From Piromyces finnis finn (lineage: Eukaryota > Fungi > Neocallimastigomycota), in contig MCFH01000022.1 of the NCBI GenBank assembly GCA_002104945.1, positions 124,001 through 188,000 of the forward strand: 64,000 bases of DNA. Direction: 5' to 3'. Every line of letters begins with the position of its first letter. Position 1 is the stretch's first letter. This document shows, one piece after another, positions 1 through 12,589 of this stretch. The notes under the pieces were generated by a model. That model searched no databases. It worked only from the letters and a program-made list of their open reading frames with translations, and had not been told where the DNA came from. A program made the translations under genes and the position numbers.

Positions 1-2
1 AT

Positions 3-3000
3 TTCAATTACAAATGGTTGGTATCTGTGCTTGATTAGATTACCAACTTTATTCTTTCTAATTTTCATGGAGGAGTCGTTCGACTTATATTTTGACTTTT
101 TAGAGTTTCTTTCAAACTCTTGTATTAATTGTTTATCTGGAATCTGATCTTCAGAAATCCAAGTGGATTTGTCAAATCCTTTCCATGTTAACTTATAAAA
201 TGTTTCACCATTAACAGATTTCATCTTTTCAATTTTCTCTGGAATTTTTTCAATTAAATCTGTGTTAAGGTGAATGTTCCTCTTCCTACGATTAGACCTG
301 TCGTTAAACTTGTTTTCAAAGTATGGTTCTAACAATGAAACATGAAAGACTGGATGACATCTCATTGTCTTTGGATATTTCAATTTGAAAGCGAGAGAAC
401 TAACTTTTCCAATTATCTCAAATGGGCCAAGCATTTGAGGTGCTAATTTTCTCTTTAGGTTAGTTCCAGGAGAATCTTTCAATAACCATACCTTCTTTCC
501 CACTTCGAACTCCGGGGGAATCATTCTCTTCATATCGGCATATTTCTTATATGTTTCTTTTGCTTTTTCTAAGTTTTCTTTTAATAATTTAAAGTTTTCA
601 TTCATATCAATTACTCTTTGTTCAGCTCTACTAGGTCTATCATTAGCTGGAATTTCTAAGCTGAACTTTGGATGAAAACCATAATTAGCAAAGATTGGAG
701 ATTGATTTATAGATTGTTGTAAAGTATTATTATATGCAAATTCAGCAAATGGGATAAGATCAACCCAGTTATTCTGCTTTTTATTTATAAAACAACGGAA
801 ATATTGTTCTAATATGCCGTTCACCCTCTCCGTTTGACCATCTGTCTGCGGATGGTTGGCAGTTGATAATGAATGATTGATATTAAGAAGGTCACAAAGT
901 CTTGACCAAAAGTCAGAAGTAAATTGCGAGCCTCTATCAGAAATGATGGAATCAGGAAGACCATGCAAACGGAAGACATTAGCAATAAAAGCATCAGCAG
1001 CAATCGAAGCAGTAGGAAGACAACGTAAAGGAATGGCGTGAGCAAATTTAGTAAATCTATCGACAACAACCATGAGAGTTGTCATATCTCTGGACTTAGG
1101 AAGATCAACAATAAAATCAATAGAAATATCAGACCAGGGCCTACTGGGAGTGTCCAAAGGGGATAACAATCCATAAGGCTTATGTCTGGGGACTTTGGAT
1201 TTGCAACAAGTCACGCAAGATTTGATAAAAGATTTAACGTCTGAATGAAACCTTGGCCACCAAAAGTTTCTGGAAATCAGTTCAGTGGTTTTCTTAATAC
1301 CGAAATTACCAGCAGCAACAGAATCATGATGAAGTTCCAAAACTCTTGTCCTAAGAGATTTAGAAACATAAATAAGATTATTATATAACAAAAATCCCTC
1401 GTTATCAATAATAACTTTATCAATATTTTTAATAGGTGCATTACATGCAGAACCATTCATTTTAAATTGGACAATAGAATTATACAAATCGTCATTTTTA
1501 AGTTCTAATAAAATAGAATCGATTAACGGTTTGTTATCGCTATGATGAAACGAAATAGTAAGACAAGAAACATCAGAATTAATATTATTCTCTAAATGGT
1601 CACTTCTACGAGACAGGATATCAGGCTTACCGGATTTCTTTCCAGTTCTATAAATGAGTTTAAAATCAAATCTGGATAAGAACAAATTCCATCTAATTTG
1701 TCTCTGAGATAACATTTCAGGTTTTCTAGGAAATGTTAAATTCTTGTGATCAGTATAAATTATGAACGGATGGTGTGCACCTTCTAAATAATGACGCCAT
1801 TCTTCAAGAGCAACCACAATAGCCAAAAGTTCCTTGTCATATATAGGATAGTTTCTTTGACAACTCGTCAAACTTTTAGAAAGAAATGCAATAGGATGTA
1901 ATTTGCCATCAAATTCTTGAGAGAGAATAGCACCGACAGCATAATTACTAGCATCAGTTTCCACAATAAATTGTTTATTACTATCCGCATGTTTCAGAAT
2001 AGGAGCTGACGTGAACAGAGATTTTAATAAAATAAAAGCGTCCTGATCTTCTTTCACCCAGTTAAAAGCAACATTCTTTCTAGTGAGTTTGTGAAGAGGG
2101 TTTGCAATTTTAGCAAAGTCTTTAATAAAAATTCTGTAATAGTTGCATAAACCAATAAAAGACTGAACCTCTTTAACATTCTTGGGAACCGGCCAATCGA
2201 GAATTGCTTTAACTTTATTTTCATCCATTTGCAATCCATCCTTTGAAATGACATAACCAAGAAAAGTGGTTTTCTCAACATCAAACTCACATTTTTCTAA
2301 TTTAACATAAAGATTATTTTCAAGTAGTTTCTTAAGTACCTTTTTAACATGCTCATGATGTTCTTTGATGTTATTAGAATAAATAAGAATATCATCAATA
2401 TATGAGATAACAAAATCGTCTAAATAGTCACTAAGGACATCGTTAATGAAGTGTTGAAAAGTTGCAGGTGCATTCTTTAATCCAAAAGGCATAACCAGAT
2501 ATTCAAAATGTCCATATCTAGTACGAAAAGCCGTTTTGTATTCGTCACCTTCTTTAATACGAACAAGATTATAGGCGGATTTAAGGTCTAATTTAGTAAA
2601 AATCTTAGCATTTTTCACCCTATCCAAAAGGTCACTAATTAAAGGTAAAGGATATGAATTACGAATGGTAATATCATTCAACTTTCTATAATCGATACAA
2701 AGTCTTAGGGAGCCATCCTTCTTTTTAACAAATAAAATTGGGGCACCAGCAGGAGACGATGATTTCCTAATAAAACCTTTATTTAAATTATCATCAATAT
2801 ATTTTTTAAGTTCCTCTCTTTCAACTTCAGTTAATGGATACAAAGGTCCATAAAATAAAGTCGAATCATCTTTAAGTTTGATTTCACAATCATAAGGTCT
2901 ATGAGGAGGTAACACTTCACAATTTTTTTCATTAAACACTTCACTAAATTCTAAATATTGGGTTGGTACGGCGACCAATTTATCTTTATTAATATCTTTT

Positions 3001-4526
3001 CCATTATTATTATTATTACTACATGATTTGTTATCATTATTACATGTTTCATTAATTTTTGTTACAATACATTTAACTTTTTTATTAAAACTAATATATT
3101 CATCATCGCTATCATCTTCATCATTGATGGTTCTAACAAGGCGGCCTTTAACATATTCTTTTTCTTCATTGTTTGGGGCAGAGGGATCTACTTTCGGCTT
3201 TTTGGTCAAGCTTCGGTCGAGAACATCATGATCTAACTGATCATTCTTTGACTTCTTTCTTGGTTTTCTCTTTCTTTTGCATTTATTACAATGTCTGGCA
3301 CAATAACCAGAACTAAAAGCGATTTTCTTAGAGTCGTAGAAAGCATTTGGATTATGCTTCTTTATCCACGGCAAACCAAGAATAACATCAACACCGGGGA
3401 CTTGTAATCCATAAAGTTGAATTACTTCGAAGTGATTTTTGCAACGGAGCATGCACTTCTCAGTCCTTTCCCAAACACTAACAACTCCATCACTAACACC
3501 TGAAACACGGAATGGTTCCACTTTTTCCAAATTAATACCAAGTTCTTCAGCAAGACTTGGATTAATGAAATTTAATTCAGAACCGGAATCAATTAAAACC
3601 TTAATTTTAACTTCCGAAACTTCATTGGTACTCAAGTAAAAGTCCACAAGGTTTAAATCACTTTTCACTCCCTTGACTCCAACTTTGTAAATTTTTGGAT
3701 TAACAATTTTTGGAGTCCTTTCTTTAACAATTCTTAACACTTTTCTGGGCTTTACTCTATTAGGACAATTAAACTTTAAATGTCCCGGTTGTTTACAAAG
3801 AAAACATAACCCCTTTTTCTTTTCTTCTTCAAAATTGTCTATGTTTTCATTGTAATTTTTACTTGATCCTTGGATATTCACATACCTTTTGCGTTTATTT
3901 TCTCTACTAATTCTAAATACATCCACATCCATAGGATCGTTAGCCCTTCTACCATTAAAATAAAATTCACTTAGAGAATTCCTTTTCATCATATCTTCAA
4001 CTAAAATAGTTGAAGAAATCAATTGTTCAATTGAAGTTGGGTTTGATTCAATGAAAGCCAACTTCTCCCTAAGTGGTGGTAATAAACCTTTCAGAAACAT
4101 GTAGATTTTTGCGCTATCCTTAAAGCTTGAATTTTGGCTAATACGTTGAAACTCGGTAATGTAATCTAATACCTGACCAAGTTTCCTTTGGCGAAGATTA
4201 TCTAATTTACCGTTAGCTACAACGGTATCGTATCTATAACTGCCAAAATTAGCCTTCAACCTATCTACAAATTCATCATAATGGTTTAAAACCCCACTAT
4301 TATTCTTCATCAACACTGAAGCCCATTCCAAAGGTTTACCAGAGAAGTATGATATAACGAAGTCGACCTTGACTCGATCTGTATTATACAGTGTCGGTCG
4401 AGTACGAAATACCAACTCAACTCTGGTTAAAAATCCATCCAATTCTCTTTGTTTACCAGAAAATATCGGTGGAGCATTAATAATGTTCCCCGAATTCCCA
4501 GAAACACCCACAGTCCTATCACCCAT
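3..4526 (-). CDS. gag-pol: Gag-Pol polyprotein of element A, over 1500 aa, no stop inside window
   Basis: Manual translation from ATG 4526: MGDRTVG..., zinc knuckle CFLCKQPGHLKFNC, protease LIDSGS (~3590), RT YIDD (2391-2402) and chromodomain-like YKLTWKGFDKSTWISE (~150-200) are all in one frame. Probably missing from the ORF track because it has no stop in the window. Confidence 0.9.
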   Translation of the reverse strand, partial: MGDRTVGVSGNSGNIINAPPIFSGKQRELDGFLTRVELVFRTRPTLYNTDRVKVDFVISYFSGKPLEWASVLMKNNSGVLNHYDEFVDRLKANFGSYRYDTVVANGKLDNLRQRKLGQVLDYITEFQRISQNSSFKDSAKIYMFLKGLLPPLREKLAFIESNPTSIEQLISSTILVEDMMKRNSLSEFYFNGRRANDPMDVDVFRISRENKRKRYVNIQGSSKNYNENIDNFEEEKKKGLCFLCKQPGHLKFNCPNRVKPRKVLRIVKERTPKIVNPKIYKVGVKGVKSDLNLVDFYLSTNEVSEVKIKVLIDSGSELNFINPSLAEELGINLEKVEPFRVSGVSDGVVSVWERTEKCMLRCKNHFEVIQLYGLQVPGVDVILGLPWIKKHNPNAFYDSKKIAFSSGYCARHCNKCKRKRKPRKKSKNDQLDHDVLDRSLTKKPKVDPSAPNNEEKEYVKGRLVRTINDEDDSDDEYISFNKKVKCIVTKINETCNNDNKSCSNNNNNGKDINKDKLVAVPTQYLEFSEVFNEKNCEVLPPHRPYDCEIKLKDDSTLFYGPLYPLTEVEREELKKYIDDNLNKGFIRKSSSPAGAPILFVKKKDGSLRLCIDYRKLNDITIRNSYPLPLISDLLDRVKNAKIFTKLDLKSAYNLVRIKEGDEYKTAFRTRYGHFEYLVMPFGLKNAPATFQHFINDVLSDYLDDFVISYIDDILIYSNNIKEHHEHVKKVLKKLLENNLYVKLEKCEFDVEKTTFLGYVISKDGLQMDENKVKAILDWPVPKNVKEVQSFIGLCNYYRIFIKDFAKIANPLHKLTRKNVAFNWVKEDQDAFILLKSLFTSAPILKHADSNKQFIVETDASNYAVGAILSQEFDGKLHPIAFLSKSLTSCQRNYPIYDKELLAIVVALEEWRHYLEGAHHPFIIYTDHKNLTFPRKPEMLSQRQIRWNLFLSRFDFKLIYRTGKKSGKPDILSRRSDHLENNINSDVSCLTISFHHSDNKPLIDSILLELKNDDLYNSIVQFKMNGSACNAPIKNIDKVIIDNEGFLLYNNLIYVSKSLRTRVLELHHDSVAAGNFGIKKTTELISRNFWWPRFHSDVKSFIKSCVTCCKSKVPRHKPYGLLSPLDTPSRPWSDISIDFIVDLPKSRDMTTLMVVVDRFTKFAHAIPLRCLPTASIAADAFIANVFRLHGLPDSIISDRGSQFTSDFWSRLCDLLNINHSLSTANHPQTDGQTERVNGILEQYFRCFINKKQNNWVDLIPFAEFAYNNTLQQSINQSPIFANYGFHPKFSLEIPANDRPSRAEQRVIDMNENFKLLKENLEKAKETYKKYADMKRMIPPEFEVGKKVWLLKDSPGTNLKRKLAPQMLGPFEIIGKVSSLAFKLKYPKTMRCHPVFHVSLLEPYFENKFNDRSNRRKRNIHLNTDLIEKIPEKIEKMKSVNGETFYKLTWKGFDKSTWISEDQIPDKQLIQEFERNSKKSKYKSNDSSMKIRKNKVGNLIKHRYQPFVIE

Positions 4527-4804
4527 CTCTAAATTTAAACTTTCAAACTCACCAATCCAACGTAAACTATTAAATAAAATAAAAAATGTTTTCTTACTAC
4601 TGTTCCAAGTAAGTAATCTTAATTTTTTTTTTTTTTTTTTTTACACTAATACAATCTATTTAAATACAAAAGTAATTCAAACGCGTTCTGCAAAGCAGTG
4701 TCGAACAAGTTTTGTATCTATATATTGATTCCTTCGGCTATAGTAGCTGTAGAATTCCTTTAACTAGGGCAGCAACAGAGTTTAACCTATAATTGTTTCA
4801 GTAA

Positions 4805-4962
4805 TTCTTCTTCTATGGTAGCAACCAAGTTCTTCTATAAATTCTTCTTCTGTGGTAGCAACCAAGTACTTCGGTAGATTCTTCTTCTATGGTAGCAACC
4901 AAGTTCTTCTAGAAATTCTTCTTCTGTGGTAGCAACCAAGTACTTCGGTAGATTCTTCTTCT
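4805..4962. repeat. Tandem repeat in the 5' leader of A (74-bp unit x2, made of TTCTTCTTCTRTGGTAGCAACCAAGT subunits)
   Basis: Units start at 4805 and 4879, partial unit at 4953. Confidence 0.85.
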
Positions 4963-5002
4963 GACAGTAGTAGATATCCTAACGTACTCTTGAAGTAGTT
5001 AG

Positions 5003-5013
5003 GTAATTGTTAT
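5003..5013 (-). promoter_or_regulatory. Self-priming primer binding site of A (ATAACAATTAC)
   Basis: Abuts the LTR end; exact complement lies at 5136-5146 within the LTR. Confidence 0.8.
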
Positions 5014-5619
5014 TGTAATGGCGACACAGAAAGAATAGATTAGGATATCTATTCTATTACAATAACACTAAATTTAAAATAAAAATAAAAATTGTTTTAT
5101 TAAAAAATATCTTTTATTATAATAGAAATTTATTAATAACAATTACATCGATCAAAATGATGAAAAATATCTTCTATTTATATTTTTCCTAAATACATTT
5201 ATATTATATTATAACTATTTATTTAAAATATATTATTATTTAAAATCTACACTAAAATCTTAATTATTAATAAATATTTAAACTATAACTATTTTTAGTA
5301 AAATACAATTGGCAATTCAAATTAAGTACTATTTAATTTGAATATGTGCCCATGTATTATTGATATATTAATCATTTATTATTTATCTATTTCTATAAAA
5401 AAAACAATACTAAAACTAGGGATTTAAATTGAGAATATTAATTTACTTGTTAAACATTAAAAATAAATTAATAATTTATTTTGTTTTAAACTTTAATTAT
5501 TAATAAATAAATTATGTCTCATTTTCTTTTTCTGAATATAATTTGTGTAACTTAAACAATAATACTTGTGGCTTAAGTTACATTAAAGATATCAAACAGA
5601 GGCGTTTGATATCTTTACA
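5014..5619 (-). repeat. 5' LTR of element A (606 bp)
   Basis: TGTAA...TTACA termini; homologous copies at 5620-6201 and 40606-41086. Confidence 0.85.
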
Positions 5620-6201
5620 ATATCTAACCTATTACAATAACACACAAAATAAATATGTTTTATAAAGAATAGTTTTTTTTTATTAATTTATTGTAATAAA
5701 ATTGTTAATAACAATTACATCGATAAAATGATGAAAAATATCTTCTATTTATATTTTTCCTAAATACATTTATATTATATTATAACTATTTATTTCATAT
5801 ATATTATTATTTAAAATCTACACTAAAATCTTAATTATTAATAAATATTTAAACTATAACTATTTTTAGTAAAATGCAATTGGCAATTCAAATTAAGTAC
5901 TATTCAATTTGAATATGTGCCCATGTATTATTGATATATTAATCATTTATTATTTATATATTAGTTATCTATTTCTATGAAAAAACAATACTAAAACTAG
6001 GGATTTAAATTGAGAATTTTAATTTACTTGTTAAACATTAAAAATAAATTAATAATTTATTTTGTTTTAAACTTTAATTATTAATAAATAAATTATGTCT
6101 CATTTTCTTTTTCTGTAATATAATTTGTGTAACTTAAACAATAATACTTGTGGCTTAAGTTACATTAAAGATATCAAGCTGAGGTGTTTGATATCTTTAC
6201 A
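5620..6201 (-). repeat. Older A-family LTR lacking about 30 terminal bases
   Basis: Aligns with 5043-5619; ends GATATCTTTACA. Confidence 0.8.
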
Positions 6202-7082
6202 GGTGACTAAAGTTCCTTATTCGCCAGAGTTCACAAAAGTATTCAACTTGAGAGTCCTGTATTGCGTGCTTTTTATCACACTAACAATTCCTTCCCCCAA
6301 GTAAGCGTGCTATTCACACTCGTCCTACTTTTACAAATACTTCAATGATTAACAGCTATAGTTTCTAACCAACTGAAACTAGTTAATTATACACTGAAAA
6401 TCTGTATATGAGCTCTATAAGCTCCTAGTATATTTTTACAAGTATTTTTATTTATAAAGTTTTATATTTATAATTTTTTTTTGGTGTATATATATTTATA
6501 TATATATATATACTTAAATCTTTATTTATTATCTTTATTTATTATTATTTTAATTTATTTTTATTATTTATTTGTTTTTATGTATATATACCTAATATAT
6601 ATATACCTATTTTATTATTATAATTAATTCTTTCAACTATCTTATTTATAATATTATCAATCTATTTATCTAATAATTCTTCTATACTATTTTTTTTTTA
6701 AATTCTTTTCTTATTTAAAATATCTATATATTTTATATAATATATAATGTTTATATATCAATTTACTATATTAATACTATACTATTAAATATTATAATTT
6801 ATTTATTTTATTTTAATATTGTTTTAATAATATTTAAATAATATTTCAATATTGAATATTGATTTATTATTTTAATATTATTTTATTATTTAATAAGTTA
6901 TAATTTCTAAATAGATAAAATATTGAGAATATTTAACTATTCTATTAACTATCTATTCTATATTATTATAACTTGATTATTTATTTAATTTCATAGAATA
7001 TTTTACTATTCTATATGAAATTTTTATATAAAGAAAATTTTATATATTTACCTTATTTTGATTCTCCGGTTCGAAGGACCAT

Positions 7083-7900
7083 TGATATAATTTGATAATA
7101 ATCTTAATTTTGAATTTTACTTCAAAAAGTGATTATTATATTATATCTTTGATTATAGCTATATAAGTTATATGGATTAGAATTTAAATTTGTTTTTATA
7201 AAAATTAATAAAATTGTTTTATTAAAAACACTAAATTGTTTTATTAGAAACACTCATTTTTCTAATATTTAATTATTTAAAAGTTTATTCATTTAATTAT
7301 AAAAGTGATTATTAAAATTATAAAAATATTAACTAAACTATATAATATTTCTTTATTAATAATAATAATAACCATGATTAAAATAAGAATATTTACATGT
7401 ATTTATATTTTCTTTTTAAGTTTAAACTATTTACATTAAAATAATAAAATTAATAACTATTTACAATAAAAGTAATTAAAAGTAATTAAAAATAACAATA
7501 AAAGAAACAATTAAAAGTTAAAGAATATAAAAAGTTGTTTATTTTACAATTAATTAAAGTAATAATTATTTTTAATATTTTAATAAAAGTGTTTAATTAT
7601 ATTATTTTATAACATGAATTATTATATTTGTTTACTTTTAAAGTGTAATTTACTAACGTAGTTATTAAATATTTAATTTAACAATTAATTTAACAAAAGT
7701 TATATATTTTGATCTCGATTAATTAAAGTTTATTATTTTCTTTCAATAATTAAAATATATGCAGTGTTGAGGATTAATTTTATTTTAGAATTTTGGTACA
7801 GTAATTAATTAAACTATAACTTATTTTAAGTTACTTTTAGGGTTAACTTAAAAATCAGGTTTAATAATAATTTTATATTTATTAATCTCATTATTTATCA
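7083..7900 (-). repeat. Solo LTR, family H
   Basis: TGATA...TATCA termini; five copies in the window; orientation taken from the PPT-adjacent copy at 56345. Confidence 0.8.
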
Positions 7901-8486
7901 TAATTAATAAATAATTAAATTTATAAATTATAAATTAATAATAATAATAATAATAACAATAATTAAAATACAGATAAAAATTAAAATATTTAACATGTAT
8001 AAAATTATTAAATTAAAAATTGTAAATGTAAACTTTTTGTTTATTTAATTGTTTAATTCTTTTTAAATTAAATAGTTTATATTTGTTTATAATTATACTT
8101 TAAAATAATAATTTTGTATAAATAGTAATAGAAAATGTTCTTTTTAAAAGATGTTCCTAATAATCCAGTAAAATTAGATATATACTTTTAAATATTAAAT
8201 TCAAAAAAAAATGATTTTATAATAAAACTTATTTTTAAAAGGGTTACTAATAATCCCTGAAAATTAGAATATAAAACATACATTTTTTTATTTAATAATA
8301 CTAGAGTTATTAAATAATGATATAATTTTATAATTAAATAAACTTTATATTTTTAAAAATTAACTAATACTTGCAAATGAACAAGTATAAAAATCATTTA
8401 TTTTATTTTTTTATTTTTTTTAGATACAAATATTATCACTTTCTATAGTAAAATATAGAATTAAGATAATATTCTCTATCGTATCA
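7901..8486. repeat. Solo LTR-like element, family P
   Basis: Ends CGTATCA; copies at 41101-42561 (reverse), 52459-53043 and a partial at ~38773-39293 (reverse). Confidence 0.7.
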
Positions 8487-8488
8487 AA

Positions 8489-9648
8489 TGATGCGTTGAC
8501 CGATATATTTTTGAACAATATAATGTTTTTAATAAATCATAAATTCTATATTATTATGATGAAACAATAAATTTAAAATAAAATAAAAAAATATGCTTTA
8601 TAATTAACAAATAAATCACTCAAAACTCGAAAATAAACTCTTATTATGTTTTAAATTAAATCTTTATTATATTCTATAATTTATTTATTATCTGTTTATT
8701 GTCTTTTTTATTCTCTATTTATTGTCCCCTCTTTATAAAGAAGAATTTTATCTTTCTTTTATACATTTTCATTTATTACATGTATTATTATTTTTAACTA
8801 TTAAATATTATTATTACTATTGTTATTATTTATTAAAATTAAAAGAATAAATTAAAATTATGTCTTAGTATTATAAAATATTATAGAATATTACTTATTT
8901 GATTTTCTTATTACTTCAAAATGCTTAAATTTAGAAAAATTATTATAAATTATCATTGACTATCATTAAATGTATAATACCTTGAATAAAATAATTAAAA
9001 TTTAAAATTAAAATAAAATTAAAATAAAATTAAAATAAAATTAAAATAAAATTAAAATAAAATTAAAATAAAATTAAAATAAAATTAAAATAAAAATATA
9101 ACAAAATTAAAATATTAAAAGTATCAATTATTATAAACACTCATTTTATACAGAAACATAAAAGAGTTCTGTATTTTATCTTTAGAATTGTTATTATTGT
9201 TCTATTTCCAGGTTTTAAGTTTATCATTTTAGTAATAATTACTCAATTAGTTATTTATTAATTTATAAGTTTAAGAGAATTTCTAAAGAACACTTGGATA
9301 AACACTAGAATTAATAATTTGATGTACCATTTTATTTTTAGTTTGTTTATTCATTTTTATTTATTTATTATTATTTTATTATTTTTATACATTATTAGAT
9401 TAAGGCGTTTTATTTATTTAATAATTTATTTTATTATTATCACTATTAGGTCGTTTTTACTCAGAATTTATTATATAATAAAGAATATTATTTATTTAAG
9501 TAAGGGTTATATAGGGTTATATTTTCATAAAATTATTATTCATTCATTTTTAAGGGTTATTATCGTTTATTTTTATTATAAGTTACTATGGGTTAAGTCG
9601 TGTATATTCAGTTAGTTTTTATTATGTTTTTATATGAGTAGCGTATCA
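8489..9648 (-). repeat. Solo LTR, family L (contains an 11-bp AAAATAAAATT array at ~9010-9096)
   Basis: TGATG...GTATCA; CAAA at 8485-8488 and 9649-9652; reverse copy at 31898-33002; orientation from the PBS at 57339. Confidence 0.8.
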
Positions 9649-9652
9649 CAAA

Positions 9653-11073
9653 TGATAAATAATAATTATAAATATATTATACATTTGATATTAGTAGAAA
9701 ATTTTATTATAAAATAATTATTAAATAATTTTATATAGTTTATTATAAAAATATAATTTACATAAAATCAAATATTTTATAAATTTATATATTTGATTGG
9801 GTTAAATTATAAAAATAATTTTTATTATAAAGAATAATAATATTTTTTAGTAGAAAACAAGAAGACTTAGATTACTAATAATAAGTTAAATTTTAATAAT
9901 AGTTAATATAATTAATTAGTGAATACATAATAATATTTAAAAGACAAAAAATAAGTTTTTATATAATAAAAATTATTGTTAAAAAGAGCGTAAGAACAAT
10001 AAATAAAAGAAAATATAAAAACGAAATTAAACTTGTCTAATTTGTAATTATTGTGTTAATAATAAATAATATTTTATAGAATAAATCTGGTGTTATTATT
10101 CTATATAAATATTATTAAAATAATAAAACTATTAAAATTATAAAATAACTTAAAATAAATAAATAAAACTAGTAGATATTGTTAAAGCTCGTACAATAGC
10201 TGTCGAGATAAAACAATATAAGATAACAGAAGAAGTAGTTAAAAAGTTGTAATATAACTACCAATCTGTAAAATATTGTATTAATAGAATAATGTATTTA
10301 ATACGTATTTAAAATAATGTATAATGTATTAAATTAATGTACCGTAAAATTTATTTTTTAATTACAAAAATTTATATCACAATATATTAACATAAATTTA
10401 TGTAAAATATAATTTTATGATAAGATAAAGTTTTTGATGATAAAATAAAATTTTAAATTAAATAAATTTTAACCAATAAATACTTTAGATAATAAAAAAT
10501 TTTTTTTATAAACTAAGCCTCAAAATTAGAAATAAATAAATTGAATATATGTTTGAAATATAATCAACCATATAGTAAATAAATCAAAACTTTATTTTAA
10601 GTTTAGAAAATTCTTTAGTAAATAAATTGAATTTAAATAGTTTAATACAAATAATTTCTTTTAATAAATGTATAAATGTAAACAATGTAAAATTATAATA
10701 TTAAAACATGTATATTAGAATTTATTCAATTTATTTAAAAAGTATAAATAAAGAAAATTTTTCAACTATTGAAACGATAGTTGGAAAATCGTATAGGTTA
10801 ATTTTGTTTAGATAAATTAACATTAGTTTATAATTAGTTTATAGTTTAGATTAATAATTTTAGTTTTAAATAAATATAAATTGATTACCTAGTGAGGGCT
10901 CTGGTAAAATATCCTTCACGGTAAAGTAATCAACGGTTGTTTTAGTTTAGTTATTTTAAAATAATTTAATAAATAAAATATAAAAAATTAAAAATAATTT
11001 AAAGTGTAGTTTAGAATATTGAGTGTATACAAACCTGAACTTAGTTTAGAATATTTTACACAATCCGTTATCA
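9653..11073. repeat. Solo LTR, family F, interrupted by G
   Basis: TGATAAAT...CCGTTATCA; 4-bp TSD CAAA; uninterrupted copy at 51835-52456. Confidence 0.85.
10267..11060. repeat. Solo LTR, family G, nested in F
   Basis: TGTAA...TTACA; 5-bp TSD CAATC; reverse copy at 41728-42550. Confidence 0.85.
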
Positions 11074-11080
11074 CAAATCA

Positions 11081-11872
11081 TGATATAATTTGATAATAAT
11101 CTTAATTTTGAATTTTACTTCAAAAAGTGATTATTATATTATATCTTGAGTTATAACTATATAAGTTATATGGATTAGAATTTGAAATTGTTTTTATAAA
11201 GATTAATAAAATTGTTTTATTAAAAACACTAAATTGTTTTATTAGAAACACTCGTTTTTCTAATATTTAAATATTTAAAATTTTATTTAATTAATTATAA
11301 AAGTGATTATTAAAATTATAATATTTCTTTATTAATAATAATAATAATGATTAAAATAAGAATATTTACATGTATTTATATTTTCTTTTAATTTTAAACT
11401 ATTTACATTAAAATAATAAAATTAATAACTATTTACAGTAAAAGTAATTAAAAGTAATTAAAAATAACAATAAAAGAAACAATTAAAAGTTAAAGAATAT
11501 AAAAAGTTGTTTATTTTACAATTAATTAAAGTAATAACTATTTTTAATATTTTAATAAAAGTGTATAATTATATTATTTTATAACATGGATTATTATATT
11601 TGTTTACTTTTAAAGTGTAATTTACTAACGAAGTTATTAAATATTTAATTTAATAATTAATTTAACAAAAGTTATATATTTTGATCTCGATTAATTAAAG
11701 TTTATTATTTTCTTTCAATAATTAGAATATATGCAGTGTTTAGGATTAATTTTATTTTAGAATTTTGGTAAAGTAATTAATTAAACTATAACTTATTTAA
11801 AGTTACTTTTAGGGTTAATTTGAAAATCAGGTTTAATAATAATTTTATATTTATTAATTTCATTATTTATCA
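11081..11872 (-). repeat. Solo LTR, family H
   Basis: Homologous to 7083-7900 over its full length. Confidence 0.8.
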
Positions 11873-12589
11873 ATCTGATGCAATATATTTCAAAAACACC
11901 ATAAATAAAATATAATTATGAACGTTAGCAATAGGGAATGATATATGAATAATATATTAGTTAATATTGTATTTATTTCTATTTTATAATAATAAAAATA
12001 AATAATAAAAATAATAAATTTTATAATAATATAATTAAATAGATTTTGGTTTAAAGATTCTTTATTTAATTATTATTATTATTATGATTATAACATTAAT
12101 AACATTCAATACTAATAGGATCGAAAGTTATTATTGAATAAATATAAATAGTTAAATATAATGTGTAAATATAAAAATATGTTGATGAAAGTATTATTAA
12201 TGATAAAATATAACTTTTCTGAAATAGTAAAAATAAACAATAAATATTCTTTTCTTTTATAACTAATATTTAAACTGAAGGAAATATAATAAATACTAAA
12301 TACGTAATTATTAACCTAAAACTAACTTAAACTAAAACTATTAATATAAAAATAAAATAAAATAAAACTAATACTTAAAACTAAAATATCAAATATTATT
12401 TACAAATGAAAAGTTCTCTCTCTTGATATCTTCTGCTTTAACACTCTCTTTTATATCTTTTCCTTTCTTGTGTAACTAATTATTCTAATGTATGTGTAAC
12501 ATTTGCGTCATAATAATTTATACTAATATAGTTTAATTATTATTATCATTAGTAATTGATATACAATTTATAAAAGAATTAGATATTAT

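Larger units (their letters stand above)
1..5619 (-). mobile_element. Ty3/Gypsy chromovirus element A (3' end outside window)
   Basis: 5' LTR 5014-5619, PBS 5003-5013 and a gag-pol ORF running off the left edge. Confidence 0.93.

Noticed and set aside
6202-6420. Possible degenerate protease fragment on the minus strand (NTFVNSGE)
   Set aside because: One weak motif amid stop codons; not supportable without a profile search.
9319-9615. 98-aa hydrophobic ORF, and similar ORFs at 13497-13985 and 38885-39067
   Set aside because: F/I/Y/L-rich products of AT-rich LTR or UTR DNA; the L copy at 31898-33002 has indels across the region.
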